Positions 1 through 15,000 of a stretch of 64,000 bases of DNA are shown piece after piece (position 1 is the first letter of the stretch; each line of letters begins with the position of its first letter). The notes under the pieces are model-generated. The model searched no databases. It saw nothing but the letters and a program-made list of their open reading frames with translations, and was not told where the DNA came from. A program made the position numbers and the translations under genes. Origin of the DNA: Catajapyx aquilonaris (Eukaryota); assembly GCA_000934665.2 (NCBI GenBank), contig KZ538446.1:1-64000 (forward strand), written 5' to 3'.

Positions 1-3000
1 CTCTCTCAGTGTAACAATTTGGAAGTTACAATATGGTCGAGTTGATGGGCGATATTCCAGCTGAGTTATTGGTTGGTTACAAGTTGGTACAGGATGATTC
101 ATAAATCCGGTTCTGAACAGTTCAATGCAACTCATTATTTTGTTCCTCCACGTGCCTAAATTGTACCAGCTTTTTCGTACAGTTCAAGAACAGGTTCCGG
201 TTTGTGCCACTCCCTAACCCCGCCAATATTTACCTGACATCCATTTGCACAAAATAGAATTACAGGATCCGATGGCACATCATGTGATCTTTGAGGACTA
301 ATATCGCGCGCTTTCTTACTCAGCAGACTTCTCTGCATAAACTTTATTCCCCGGTTCCATTTTCTGGCCTTGCCTCCGCCTCCTCCATTACCCCTTTCAT
401 GTCCCAGACGTCCTCTCCAGCAAGTTAAAAAAGGAAAAAAAAGAGAGGACGTAGAGAAAAAAAGGGGCCCCGCCAGTCCACCAGCTGAACAGTGTTCCTC
501 CCAGCTATTTTGGGGCCCCTCTCATTTCAACTTCCAAGCATTTTTTCGGCGTAGTTCTTAGACGGGGAAGTCTAATTGCGTTGAGGGGAAAAATAAAGAG
601 ATAGAATTTATATTGCGATATTAGATTTTTTTTTCATCATCTTCCCAAGCCCCCGGTTCTGGCAGGCGGTTAAAATATTTTGGGGGCAAGATGGGGTCGT
701 TGGGTGCAATCTATCACATTTCATCGACCCTGGTCCCAGGCATTAATAACCGGGATGATTATGGGCTTATGGAAGCAGTAGTGCCTACCTGATGGTGGAC
801 CGTAAACCCCGGAGCCTGTGTGACATGCGTCGTGCTGTCGGACGTCCCGAGTGGTATTAAATTCAGACTCAACACCAGCTGTGATTAGGGAGAGACGTGA
901 CACCTGTTCCTCACCGGCTCTGGAACCGGGCATGGATGGAAAACCCTGGTTCAAGGCATGTTCGCACGCATCTGATTACGGCTAAAAGTCCCCGCAAAAA
1001 TACCATTGCACGACAGCTGTACGCTGGACAAGTCTCAAAAGAGGATTCGTGCTCTCTAAATGTAATGCGAGAATCGTTAGCCCAACATGTTGTGGGACGT
1101 TCAAAAATATAATTTCATACGAAAACCATTGAATGATATTTTTAAAAAATTATACCACATGGAATATTATTCCGAATTTTTTCGAGCGCCACAGTGTTGC
1201 GTCTGCTATAATCAATTTCTGGAGTATTGAATGTAATGAACATCCCTGTGTGACTCTATTGATTTGAAAGGAACTGGGGTTATTTTTCTGCCCGATGCGT
1301 CCCTAACAAGGCTAGTGTAGTAAGCAGCTTAATTCGTCCAATTTGGTTGCTCGTCACGCCAGTAATATCCTAGTGCGACGCTAAGTGAATTCCGTTGGGG
1401 GCGAAAAGCGGCCTCATTTGCTTCCAGGTCCGAAAGTCTTCGAGATGTATTTAAAACCCGGAGGAGCCCGAACGAGCGGTTTCCCATTTAGAGCATCCTC
1501 AGATATTTCACTTACACACTGCGATCGGATTAAAAAAAAAAATACCTCATGTTCAAGTTGCAAGTGGAGAAAAATTCATGGGGAAAAAATTCAATAGGTT
1601 GAGTCAAATCAGGGTCATCTGAATGACGGGTGTATGTGAAACCTCCCGGATTGACGCCTCAAAAGCATCACCGGATTTGCATGCTGTTTGGATCTGACTT
1701 GACCCGTGGCGTCTCTCTACTCGTGCCAAACTACTTTTCCTTGGCCTCTGCGACTCTTCCTTTTCCAGGCCTGACCCGAATAGAAAAACGCGTATATTGG
1801 GAAAAAAAGGAAGAAAAAAAGGAGATTTGCCTTATATGAAGAGGATCTGGGAGCATTTCTGCGACCCGCGCTTTTTTTTTACCTTTGCCAAATATTCGGA
1901 GGAAAAGAGGAGGCGGCCTGGGTCCACTTTTCGACACCGGAACTGCCGGATCGGGACATGAAAAAAGATTGGGTGGGTTTGCAGTGTTGGACCAAAAAAA
2001 AAAATCCAGCTTCATCAAAAGATGAATGGGTGACCCTCCCAGCTGATTAATGTGCGTTTATTATGAAAATTTATGTGCGCAAAAAGGGAGCTTCCAAAAT
2101 ACGTCTGCAATCCGGAGCTATTGATGGAATTAATCCCCCCAGCTACAACAATAATTATGCTCGGAGGAACAAGGCCTAATTAGTCCAAGTTGGCGGAGAT
2201 AATTAATCGATAGGCAGATTTAAACCGAGAGCTAAGCATTCTAGTTAGAGACGGCCTGAAAACCAATTTTGGTTGTCGCACAAATCCTATCTCGTACATC
2301 TCCTAAGTCGCTACCGAGGACGCGCCCAGATTATTCCTTATGCCTGCAACAGAGGTGACGGCAGGGATAACAACCGCAGATAACCTGGACCCAGGGATCG
2401 TCATTTACTTATTTAAATTAGTAAGGAAAATAAATTATTTTATACTGTATTTGTAGGCATGGCTTCTCCAACTTGACACTTGGTAATTACAGCCATGTTT
2501 AACGCAATGACAGCGGTTTTGCTCTCATCCTGAATACGAATATGGCAAGGCCCTCATGATCCCATTGCAGTGTGACGGCTAAAACAAAAATTGGCCAATA
2601 ATCTGCACAGCGGAAAATTGTTCCCTTTTTATTTAAAAAAAATCCACACATGGGACCAGTGGAGGGATAATACAATTTGCAGCATTTTCTTGTTGGACCG
2701 GGTAGGGCATTTTCGGAGCTGACATGCTGATGACGCACATTCACAACGCCCCATTGAGCCAATAATTGTGGCGCCCGTGTTTACATACATTAACACTGTC
2801 ACGGTTTCGGATTAACACTAATTGGGGCGTCGGTCAAAAAAATGGGCTGGCTTCGGGGGCTGTTGCACTCAGAACCTTTTTTTGGATGCTGGGCCCCCCA
2901 AAATATATTGTGCTCGGTTCTTCACACTCCGTTTCGTTGGACCCACGCACACTGTTGTCTTTCCTTCCCCGGAGAAATTCCATGGCCCCGGAGAAATCGT

Positions 3001-6000
3001 TAGCAAGATTCGCAAGGCTGGTGAAACCGGAAATAACGCTGTCCACGGGACCTTTCGTCGGACAGGACTGACGAAGAGGACCAATTTTGGAACCTAGGAA
3101 TGTCCTCGACTTTGCTTCAACCCACCAATAATCGGATCTTGCTACAATATTAAATATTTTTCATCAGTGCGGTTCATAAACTTGATATTCTCCACTTCTC
3201 TCGATGTGTTTGCAAAAAAGGGGTCAACGAGCCACTAGTCTGCCCCAGTGACCCCAAAAAAATCCGACATCAATCTTAATCAATGGGGCAGCCCACTTGA
3301 TTAAACCCCATCTTATGAACCCCCCTAATTGAATTGCACAAGCATGAGCGGAGCATACAATCAATCCCTTAAAAAGGTCATTTAACCAGACAGGACCCCC
3401 AAGTACTTTTTTTTCGGAGCTTCCAAAATATATTACGCTTCAGTTTTTTTTGTTTTTTAAGCGACGATAAATATTGAAGTATAAGCACTCTCATGTTTAG
3501 GTTTCAATTTTTTCGGTGTCATAATGTACATACTCCTGTCGATGAATGACAGCAGTGTCATGTTTGATGCCACGGGTCCTCTCCCCCCCCCTTCCCACCC
3601 CTCCAGTGCCAATTTGCATAGAGAGCGAAGGTAATCAGAGCAGCATGAGCGTTTTGCTGCTGCCTTATGTCGAAGGCGGGCTGGGGGGACGGATGGAGCT
3701 ATCAGACTAACAGCCAAGCGCGATTCAATTTCCACAAAGTGCACGGACAACATGGGAGAATACATGCACACACACACCCAGGTTCATCCAACTCGACCCA
3801 AAGGCGAGGACAACACTCCAAAAGAGGGCGCACAATTATTCGACTGGAAAAATTTACAGGCTCAGAGGCACAGCAAACAGCTTGCAAAAATGCTAGCTAA
3901 TTTTATTGGATAAAATGTGCACGTGCGAAATTTTATTTTGAATTGTTCCTCTTGTTGGATAATATTTGCAGGGTTGAGCCACAAAAAAAAGTTTAAAGGA
4001 ACCTCTGGTGGCTTCCAAATCTGAGAGTTAAGGAGAAAAAAGCAGGTTTATGTACCGGGGGGAAAAAGTGATGGATTATCCATTCTGGCAGGAAAAAGTG
4101 TATAATCCGCTTTTGCAGTCAAGTGTGCTTGTAATTGCATCTATCGAGCCGAGAGGCAATTTATTATGCAGTTTTTTGGCTACAAGTTGAGTCTGCAAGT
4201 AAATAACGGATGCAGGTGGAATGCCAAAACCTTTTTTTTTTATTATTATTCTCAGGACTGCCTCACTTTTTTTTCATAAAATGGTCGCATTTTACGGGAA
4301 CATTAATGTATGCGCAAGATTCATTTATTATGCAGATTTACATGCTAAATTCGCAGTTCATTGTCTGCAAACTTGAAACTTTTCGCATTTGCCGAGTCTC
4401 CCTCTTTCAGCGTATTTTTGGACTGCATATCTGGGGATTATCCATAAAGTCATTTTTTAACTGCCGAGTAAACTCCGAGGTTTTGAAAAATAACATAGCG
4501 ATTGTTGGGGGGAATTTTTCTGCTTAATTAAATATCAATGTTGACAGTAACAAGGCTGAAGGCTTATTATGGCGCGTAACACTGTATTGTGTTTGTTTTT
4601 GGTGTAAATATCAGCGATTCAAAAGCACGACTGTACAGTCAGCCGGATAACATCTGACGCACACCCAGTTAATTATCACAGTCGGTGAAACATGCAAGTT
4701 GCAATTAAAAGTACCCACTATTACAGAAAATCGTAAAAAGTCGTTCAAATATATAGATTGATGTGTGCTATACTCTGTAATCAGGAACATGATGCTCACA
4801 TATTGCGCAGTTGTTAGAGCAATAATTTTATGCCTGTATGTAAATATGGCGTTCTTTCAACGTATCACGTGTTCACGTTTAATATACCCCAACATCTAAT
4901 TTCGAAATTAATAACTTAATCAGCAAGGCCATGTCAACCGAAAACCTATCACTTCTCCAAATTATTTACACACACGGCTATGTAATCGCCGAAATGAGCT
5001 ACAGACGTCCGCGTATAATTAATCCAGACATTTAAATTAACGTCATTACCAATCCGCTGCAATGACTGGAAATAACCAATCATGTAACAACCTCCTCAAC
5101 TATACATGCATTTTTTCCCCCACCTCTCTCGTGAGACCCATAACTCAAACAAGTCGAGAAGGACTGGCCACAAATTGACATCGGAAGAAAGCGACAAGAA
5201 CCTCAACGTGACTGCAAAGTGATATCTCTTCCAACCCAACACCACCACCACCCCTTTTCTATCCTACACCTTCATCTGAAGCAGGAGATTTGAAATTACC
5301 TCGTATCAAGCCTGTCCCAAAATGTGAGTGGAAAAGGTTCCGACATTAATCCAGCAAGGTGGGGGCTATAAGCTAAGAGGAGGGCCACTGTCAGCATGGG
5401 TCCCAACCGCAGGCGAAGTTTTTTGGAGACTGGAGCTAGGGGGGATTTATGGGCCAGCTTCTGATCGGGGTGGGACGAAAAAAAGGGCTTTATGAAGATG
5501 GGGTTGGGAAGGAGTTCGATCACTGCCCGCAGGTGCGGCAAACCCACCCAGACATCTTTCTTTGAAAGATTGCTGAGACCCGGACTTTTTTCCCCTTCTT
5601 TCTTACCCGTCCTCGATCCCTCTCAAGCCATCCCCCCCTCCTCTCCTTCTTTTCAAGATGAATCCACCGAGTTGACTGAGCGCTCAAGATGTGACGTGCC
5701 AAGTTTTGTCACATTCTGAAGTGCTCTAACCCCACCTGTGCGCGAGAGGCCTGACTTCTACGAGGCTTATGGGAGGGTGTTGCGAAAAGAAAAGGGAAAA
5801 GATTTTTGCCAGTCAGCTTATGATCAGATTGAATAGATGCACGGAATATATCTATAGAAATAACCATATAGTGGACATCGCCAGATGCCTTTAGATACGT
5901 CCGGTCTGAGCTGCCATTCTGACAATAACTAGTGGATTCAAGGCGCTAGGGTTAATGCCCTGGAGCAAGCTCATTTCAATAGCAATGGTCTGGAGGAATA

Positions 6001-9000
6001 ATAAATATCGCAGCAACCCCAGGTTTGAATAGGTGGATTTTACTACAGGAGGCCAGGTCTGGACAAATATTTTTCAATCCTTGCTCTGAAAGACATCTTA
6101 TCGATAACTGTTCCGTGGACACACAATTCACTCCATATTTCCAAGGGTCGCCACCCTTCTGGTCGCCCCATCAAATATATATATATATTTTTCGACCCAC
6201 ATGTGGTTGAAATATGACCCTATGCCCCACGCCTACAGGAACAATGCGACCGGAATTTACGATCCTAGTTTTGAAACTTGGGTCTAAAACGGGCGTAGGG
6301 GGGGCCGGTGAAAGAGTAGACCTGGGAGTAGGACCCAGAGGACTCCTTTTCCCGGTGAGTAATCGTGGCTCTCGGGTTGCCCACGCGGTGAGGATGAAGC
6401 AAAGTCGGACTACAATACTGGGGCTGGGATGAAGGCGAATAGTGTGTAGTTGCGCAGTGCACTTGCAGCAGAAGCGCACCAACTTTTTGCAAAATTACAA
6501 GCAAGAGCCCCATTTCTTTTGATATGCTGGAGGCCCAGGTCGGTAATGAAATTTTCCAGAAATGCTCATTCGTAAGCGTTTTCGCATGCCGACCAATTAT
6601 GAGTATAGTCCGGACAGAAGGGGGTTGGGGGGAGGGGAATAGAAGGAAATGAACAAAAAAAAAATGGGTGGGCCATTTTAGAGTCGGTTGGAGTTGCATA
6701 TTAAATGGCGCGGAATGAATGTATAAGACGAGCATGTCCCATGTGCAGTTGAAGTACGGCATGTTCATTAACCACACGGTTCAGAAGTCTGAGGGAAAAT
6801 TATGCTTGAAACAAAAAAGGGACGACTTTTGCAGTAAACGTCGTATGCAACCCGTAGCAACGAATTATTTAAAAAAATTATTAGTGATGGATCACATGAA
6901 TGAAGGTCCAGGTTATTAGTAATAACACCAGTAAAGTACAGTATATTAACGATCAAACCGTAGCATCACCACACCGTGTAGTCATCAATTTATTATTTAA
7001 TCAGCTTTGATTTTAGCGTTACTTAAGATGCGGGTAGTTATTTCCCAAGTCGAGATTCATACCCCCAGATCTCATTATTGAAGAAGAATGCACTAGACAC
7101 AATGCAAACCCCCCAACTGTCGATGCATTATTAAACTCGGCTTATTAGCCGGATTGCACAGTCTCCAGCAGCGCACTATTCAGACCGCTCAAAGCAGCAG
7201 AAGAACACAGCATAACTTTTCATTGTAAGAGATTCGATTGTATTCCCGAGGAGCCAAAGAGGTGTCCAAGTGCCGGAACAGCCCGTTGTTTGTGTTTTTT
7301 TCAGCGTGCAGTTCGGCTTGGACTGACGTTTTAGAACAAAAGATTTCCTTGTACTCGTTTGGCAGACAATGCAGAAAAGAGTGGTTGTGTATAGTGGAGC
7401 CTTGCTTACTCATGGGTGTATATTTTGCGCCCCAAAAAATGTTGAGAGCCAGCCCGGATTTTTGAAGCCGAGCAGTCGAGTGGGCCTCGAGTGTCGTGTT
7501 TCTTCTCCACTCATTTTTTGTGATTTCTACACCATTTTTTTTTTTGGAGGAGAGTCAGATTATATCCACTTTTTTGCACTAGAAAAATCACGCTATTCGA
7601 TTACACCTTCAACCCAGACGTCCCAACCGGGCGGGGTCCACTGCTTGACCATCTCTCTGGTCATTTTTCACTCCCAAAACACACTATTTTTCTGGCCCTT
7701 CTTGCTCTCTTTTGGGACTTTATAGGTTTGTCAGTGCGGGGAAAACTCGGCGCTATGATTTACTGTCAGCAGTCTTGCCGTATTGCGGCTGTTGAAGATG
7801 GGAAGGAAGATCTTTTCCGTTTCGCACGAAACATGCCATTTTTTTGTACAGTACGCGAGTACTTAAAAAAAAGTCGGTAACACGACCCCGAGATTTAACA
7901 CCGCTAAGAGGCAATCCTCGTTGACAAAAGAGACCTGCACCCACTCGGAGGTCCATTTCTCTCGTCAATCCGAAAAGGGCTTAAATCCATCAGCTTTTTT
8001 TGAGGCTAAAAAAAAGAAGAAAAAGGTTTGATCCAGCCTGGACCTTAATTTGGCAACAAGTCTTAGAGACCAAATTGAACTGGCCGAGTCTATTTGCCAC
8101 CCATTGCCCATCTGTGCAGCATATCCACTCTCTTTTCTTTGTATGAAAGCAACCTGGAAGACGCTGGAAAAGAGGAGGGGTTTTTTTCATCTGAAGAGGG
8201 TGGAGTGCACTCCATTCCCTGATTACACTTGGTAGTGGTACATTTGTTGAGTAAAGAAAGGCAACGGGGAATTGGTTCGGAGAAGGATCGATCAGAGTTT
8301 TTCGATGTTCCGGGTATAGTCCTGGAGGCTGGCAGGGGGCAGAGGGGCGGTAATGTTTCTTTTATTAAACGGGGCCTGTGAAGTGTGATGTGTTGAGGCT
8401 AGTGCACACATGCGGAAAATAAAGGGCGGGGAGGTTAAATGAAAGTGCGGCGGAATCAACTCGTAATTTTTTTAACATGTCGTTACCGTCCTCGCAGGCT
8501 AATCCAACAACCGGTGTTTATGCGAGATTCCGCTAAAGAATTTAACACCTTTTTTTAGCCAGCAGGTAGGCGATGGAGGTCACGCCCAGACAACCGACGG
8601 CAAGATTGCGGATGCTTATAGTCGACGTAATTTACAAACTCGGCTGCCATTATTTTGCCTACAAGTTTGTTTCATAATGTAAGCACTGCTGGAGATACAG
8701 TTAAATCAATTAATTCTACGCAGCAGGTTTTTCATAACGAGTCAAGCAAATAGTCTGTGATATAACTTACGACCTGGTGCATCCAATCACATCATTAATC
8801 GCAAAGCAACAACTGCAGTGACCTTTTGATTGAAGTAATGAAGTTGGGGAGAGCGAACAACCTTAGTGCTCCTCTGGTAACATGATGTTCAACTTAGACA
8901 TGCGTTACTTTACAGATGGTGCATATACTGCAGTTAATGCGATACATGTTGCTAACTCTTGTTATTCACTCCTTTGTACTTGTTTCCTGGAGCAAATAAC

Positions 9001-12000
9001 AACGTTCAACAACTTGATTGCAAATTTCTACCTATCCTCCAACCTGGCTAAAAATATTTTCTTAAAAATACGAGCACTTATAACTTTTTAAGCATAAGAA
9101 ACAAAATTAGTTTAAGTAAGAACACTTTTTGGCACATACAGCAGGTTAACCAGGCCGGCAAAGTTACGATATTTAGTCCACGTTTTACATAAAATGTGAG
9201 AACAAACTTTTACTCGAAACACAGTTTTTGTAACTGAACGTTATATGAACATAACATGCCTTGAGTATTACTGTGAGTTATAACCTTCAGGTTATCCTAG
9301 ACCAGTACATTAAGGTTGTCTTGTTGGTTCTGGGAGCAATCCCTTTCCACTTAAGGACGTGCCGATCACTTACAATTCGCCTCTTCTCCGCGTCAGTTAA
9401 TCGCAGCTCGGGAAAGAGCTGGGTAAATATTTATACACCCAGTGCATTAAGCTAGTCCTCCGTTTTCCCAGCGCAATGATATAATCCGCTCCCAAAATTA
9501 AATGTGGCCAGCGGAAATGTTACTTACCCAGGATTGGAGGCCGGACGAAGCGGTTTTCCTGCATGTTTAATCGGTTTACGCAAAAAAAAATAGAGACATG
9601 CTTTGCAGATTATTTGTTTCGTAGGAGGAAGTCCGTTTCTGGGATTCGCATGAAAATGAAGATGGCTGTTGAAAATGGAAGGCTTCCAGTAAGGCTTGGA
9701 GTAGGTTGAGAGCCTTTTAACATATAGTGCCCATGTGAAAGTGGCAGCCTAGGGCCAAAAATCCTTTCAAAACCAGACATACTTCGGTTATGTATTTTAA
9801 ACTGACATACCTCGTTAAACACTGAAAAAATTAAGCATTACAGGTGGTGAATATCTTATGAGCATCGCCCTAATAATCAGATTTAGGAGTAATTTCTGCA
9901 CGCACCAATTATTTACAGTGCTTCAAGTTATCAGCTAATTTAGTGCAATCTTCATGCTCGGTCTCGTCCTGTACAAAGTGAATGACTTTACTGCACGCTA
10001 AAGTAATTAACATTCACTGTTAGTCCCGCTCAAGACATTCCCCAATGTATTCAGTATATGGTTAGGTACTTCCAATCTTGTTTCATATATTATTACAGAG
10101 TGTTACATAATGATTCCGACACAAGTCCATTACTGTAGTTTGAATTTATCGGTATTAATCACTTTGATCAGCATTACGTTTCTCCCTCACCGAGGTGCGA
10201 TTGTGTGTGTGAAAGGTCTCATCTATCTCAGTAACTAGTGTTTGAGAAGACAAAATGGCACCTACAGTATAATATACACACAATAATATTGCCTTAATCA
10301 TGATGATGAAACGCCATGTATAGAGTAAAACCTACAATTTAACCTGCATTACTTTTAATCAAATTTCGTAAGCAACCGTGTATATGATATAATTTCAAAA
10401 TTGGCTTCTAACCTTATTCGGCATGAACTATATGCTATGACGATGAGTGCCATTAGCGAAATGGAAATGGCTGCAGCGCCATGGCACCTCCTTACTAATT
10501 GTCAGGTGAGCCATGTCCTATCAAGCTCTTCCTCTCCCTTGAAAAAAATAGGGTGTTCCGGTGCCTGCTGCTTATTACTCATGTGCGAGTGGGTGTAATT
10601 GCATCCGGAGCTTTTGCACGAGGTTCGGTCACGCACAGGAAGCCAATGTAATAGTCTTCGACTTGGGGCCTGCACCCTTCCCTCCGATGCTTATTAGTCG
10701 TGACAGGCTCTCACAGTCCTTTGCGCGCCGGGGAATTACCTCTCAGGCGTCTAAACATAGTTCAAACGCCAATGTTGCTGGGATGGACTTTTTCTGGTGG
10801 GGGAGGGGTAACCGACAGTTAAGCCCACCACACCTTTTTACAGCAGTTTAATTCCCAGGTTGCTTGGTAATCTTGGATATCGTACGAATGGGATGGGATT
10901 TGTAACCATGGAGTGACCAGAATCATATTCGCCTTTCGTGCTCCGGCTCTGTAATTAGTCTTGAGCGACCGCAGGTATATTGTAATGTCGTCACGTCCGA
11001 CGGAAACGGCCTGATGGGAAGAGTTTGGATGATGTGGTCAGCAGAAAAGGGCCAATCCGATTCAGGTTTTTTTTTACTGCTTGTCTTAAGCTGGTTGATG
11101 GCTTGCGAGCAAAAGCTCACAAGCTAATTGCCAATTAGCTGTGCAAATACTTGCATTTATGCAGGCTCGGCAGGCTGATGTAACCAAATTCCAGACCAAA
11201 AGTGCGGATTTTAAACTTTTGTTTCGCGAATGTGAGTATAGTTTGAAAAAGAGTTTTCCTTCCTCCGATTGTTAAAAAATATGCGTCAAAACTCATTCAG
11301 ATTATATCAAGGATTGCAGAATGTAGGTTGTGTTTTTAAAAAAAGCAGACTTTAACGGGCCATACATGTCGAGATGAGTTACGCACGGTCGAATCACTTT
11401 AAAGCCAGCTACGTACAACCATCCAATAATTGCAGGCATTAAAAAAACTTGAAACACTTTGAATTAAGAACACGGCAATAAGAAATGAAGATAGTGCTTC
11501 ATAAAAAAAGGGCTCGCCCTTATCAAGTCCCTTCCAACATAAAAAATCTTTTAAAGGTCGCCCATTTCTCGCCGTTCGAGACAATCAATTACATCATTTA
11601 TTGCCGATCCGGACTCATTGCCAAGTAGTCTCCAGCACTTGCAGGCAGTTTTCATGTTTCTGTGCAGCGCAGTAACTTTCAGAATAACCCCCCTCCATTT
11701 TTATGGACCTTTCCTTCAAGTCCGGTAGCCAAAAAATTATAGGTCCTCTTGGCAAAACCCGGCACACACATTTTGGGACGAGCCCGCACTTATACTACCT
11801 TTGCACACAATGCCCTAGGACGCCAACTTGTCACACCCGGGGCCACACTCCCAGTTAAGGGCAAACCGCGAAAGATATAAGCTCCGCTCGGGACATTGCG
11901 AATTCGGTGCCGCACCAAGCATGTAAAATCCGCCAACTGTTACAGCAGTTGGCAGTCCTAATGGGACAAGCGCCTGGAATTTTACATGCAGCCACGCCAA

Positions 12001-15000
12001 AACCTGCACCACCAGCTAGGATAAAATAAAAAGAAGGTAAAAATATATATATAGAGGGAGAGGGTCAATCCGGGCATGCACAAGAAGGCGATGGTCATCG
12101 GCTATTACCCGGATTACACAGGGTGGTGCACTGATTGTTGGACACTCTCTCTGTACTGTGGACTTTGGGTTATACACCACCCTGCATGCATAATTGGCAG
12201 TAACGCAAGCAGCTCAGGAAAATGCAAGTTGCAATTCGGGCCCCAAATTTTTAGGAGGGGACGAGGTCACGCCACGCCCCTTGTTATGTCCTTTGAATTT
12301 ATTCCGGAAAACAGAAAGTGCGCTGTTGTGCTGTACCAGGCTTGCCATACATGCTAATAGGAACAGGGCAGGAATATTCTTGCAGAGACTTGTGATAACG
12401 TAAATTTCAGCAGTGATCAAACATTAGTTTCCACGCACTCGATAATCAAAAAAACTGCCCGATGATTGTTCGTTTCAAGCTTCGAATCCGATTCTAAACC
12501 TCTAACGGTGAGCCTCCCCTCATGCCAATTTTTTCCCTCTCTCCCTCTGTTACCAAAATCAAAACAGGAGGCTTTGTCCAATAAACTGATAGCCACGCAG
12601 GTATCGTGTGCTCCGAATGTTCTCTCGGCTCAATGGCACGTCACAAATACCTTCCGCAGTATACGTGCCAGACGTAGTCCATGTACAGAGAGAGAGACAG
12701 GCTTTGCACGCATGAATCGAAATCGTTGGACAAGAGAAAAAAAAGACCCTGCGACGTAATAAAAGGGTTGATCTGGAATATTCTCTCTCCATTCCCATTG
12801 TGAACTGACATTTTTTAGCCTGAAAATGTGCCCAATCCATGTTGTATTAAAGAGGATTAAACAACGCCTTTTTCTGCCTCCAATTGAAAATATGAAGCTA
12901 CTGTGGCTATAGGGTGGCATGTTTCCTCATGTTTCATAGAAATTTTTATCACACCCATGTGTAGTACACACCTTTATAAAAATATGCCATAATATCGCCT
13001 TCAAAAAAAAATTCTCTTGCAAATAGTTGCAGCTGAGCAATCGATTCTGGGCACACCTGGCATTTATCGCGTGTTTTGTCGCCGCAGATAACATCTGAAC
13101 CGTAGGGTGGTGTATCCCATTGGTGGCGATGGCCGACGAGTGTGTTTTCTGGAATTGAACACCATTAGGGCCGAGCTGGCTGGCTGGCGTCGCAGTGCAG
13201 GGACACACATACACACACAGTGGCTGGCAAAGGCTTCTCTCGTCAGGGGCCAAACAGACCACGTCGCCATCAGTCGCAGCCAAGCCAATTTTATCACTGG
13301 AGTGCCGGAATTAAACCCCGTTTTATGGGGAGGCTTGGGTAAGCCCAACTGTAATGCGGGAAAGGGGAAGTAGTAGAGAACCGTCTTGAGGACCAGCCCT
13401 TGGTATAGGTCAAGCCTTTGCCTTTTACGGCCCACCGTATATCCGGGGCGGTACTGCCTGGCTTACACTCAACCTGATTCCATACCAAGAGAAGTGCTCT
13501 ACCACGATGCGATCCGGTGTACATGCCTCCGAATGTTCATGGCTTGGTTTATGCTCCTGCATAATTTCAGATTATTTTTGAACAATCTGTCATGCAGTTC
13601 CTTAAACCGATTTCCTCACCTTCTTGAACATGGTCAATGCAACACCCTGTACGTCGGAGACGTCACTGACCTCGGATCTTCCTGGCCAGCCTCCGGGCCA
13701 TTTACTCCAAACAGCGAGCTAAACCAACATCTCTCAGGCCGAGCAGCAATTCTTTCTCGATTGAGAGAAAAACCCTGTTGTTTTCCCTGGCTGTAATTGC
13801 GCTGAAAAACCTAGGAATGTTTTGCTTTAAAGCTGAGAATGCGCGGTAGATGACCTGCCAGGCGTTCTAATGCACTTTTACAATTATTGTACCATTGCAT
13901 AATAATTAAGTAAATAATAAAATGACAATAAAGTAGACTAACAATAAATATTCATAAGCGGACGTCACAATTTTGCATTAAGCTACATTCCCGTGCACAG
14001 GTGGAAAATCAGTAGGCTTATTATGTAAGTAGCCATGACAAAATTATATAGAGAGCAGAGTGAGTGCTCGTGCATTATCATGAACGTACAATAAAGCATG
14101 ACCCCCTTTTTTGTCATCCTCAGCGATTGAAGCAACGTCTATAGTGTGACAATGGTAAAAGTTGAGGTGCTGAGGTAATAATCACTGTCGGAACAAAAAG
14201 GCGTTGACGTGACTGCACGTTTTGTGTGGCCAGTCAGATCCACGGAAACTTTCACAGCAGCAGGCAAAGGCAAACCTTTCATGACAAGTGCGGGTCAATC
14301 TTTACATTGTGGGAGCTACGCTACAGTAAAGTTTAGTCAACTTTTAGGGCCATACATTCTGCCTATGCCAACATTTTCGTGAAACTTGTGGGTGCTGGCA
14401 GTGAGTTTTAAAAGGACGTCACATACGGCCTGAAACTTTCAGCAAGACTTCGGCTTTAATTATTAAGAGTTTTGTTTCCTTTTGGACGATACATGGTTTT
14501 CTTGGGTATATTTTCTCATTTGTCTCAGCAAAAGTGGCCAGACGTTTTTTTTACTTCTGTAAGTGTACATATTTCAGAATGAGAAGCAAGCAGACAGCTA
14601 CGAAATTTGACTTGCGAATTTATTTGTCAATTTCCGATATGTGACCGGTTCCTTTTCTTTTCGTGTCAAATTTGAGCGTACAGCCTGTAGGGCGACGCTT
14701 ACCTGATGTCGATTTTCGATATAAAATTGAGGCTATCGAACTTAGGTCTAACCCTGGCAAAGTGTGCCAAATGCTTAAAAGAGGAGGCTTGAGTTCGCTT
14801 ATCCCAAGTGCAGCAGCAGGCAGACAGCCACTTTTAATTCTGGCAGAGCAAGGGGCTACTACCCTCCTCCTATATAGAGCCCAGAGAGCAGCCGCATTAG
14901 ACAAACAGAGAGAGATGCGTTCCTGACCTCTCCAGCGATCCTTCCTCCTTTACGGCCTTATCGAGCGTCGTGGATCTCGGTCCGACTCCAATTCTCCTCC

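Noticed and set aside
6265..6777. Long ORFs 6265-6777, 30053-30562, 36893-37354 and 62183-62632
   Set aside because: No recognisable domain or protein-like composition; the lengths are plausible by chance in six frames of 64 kb.
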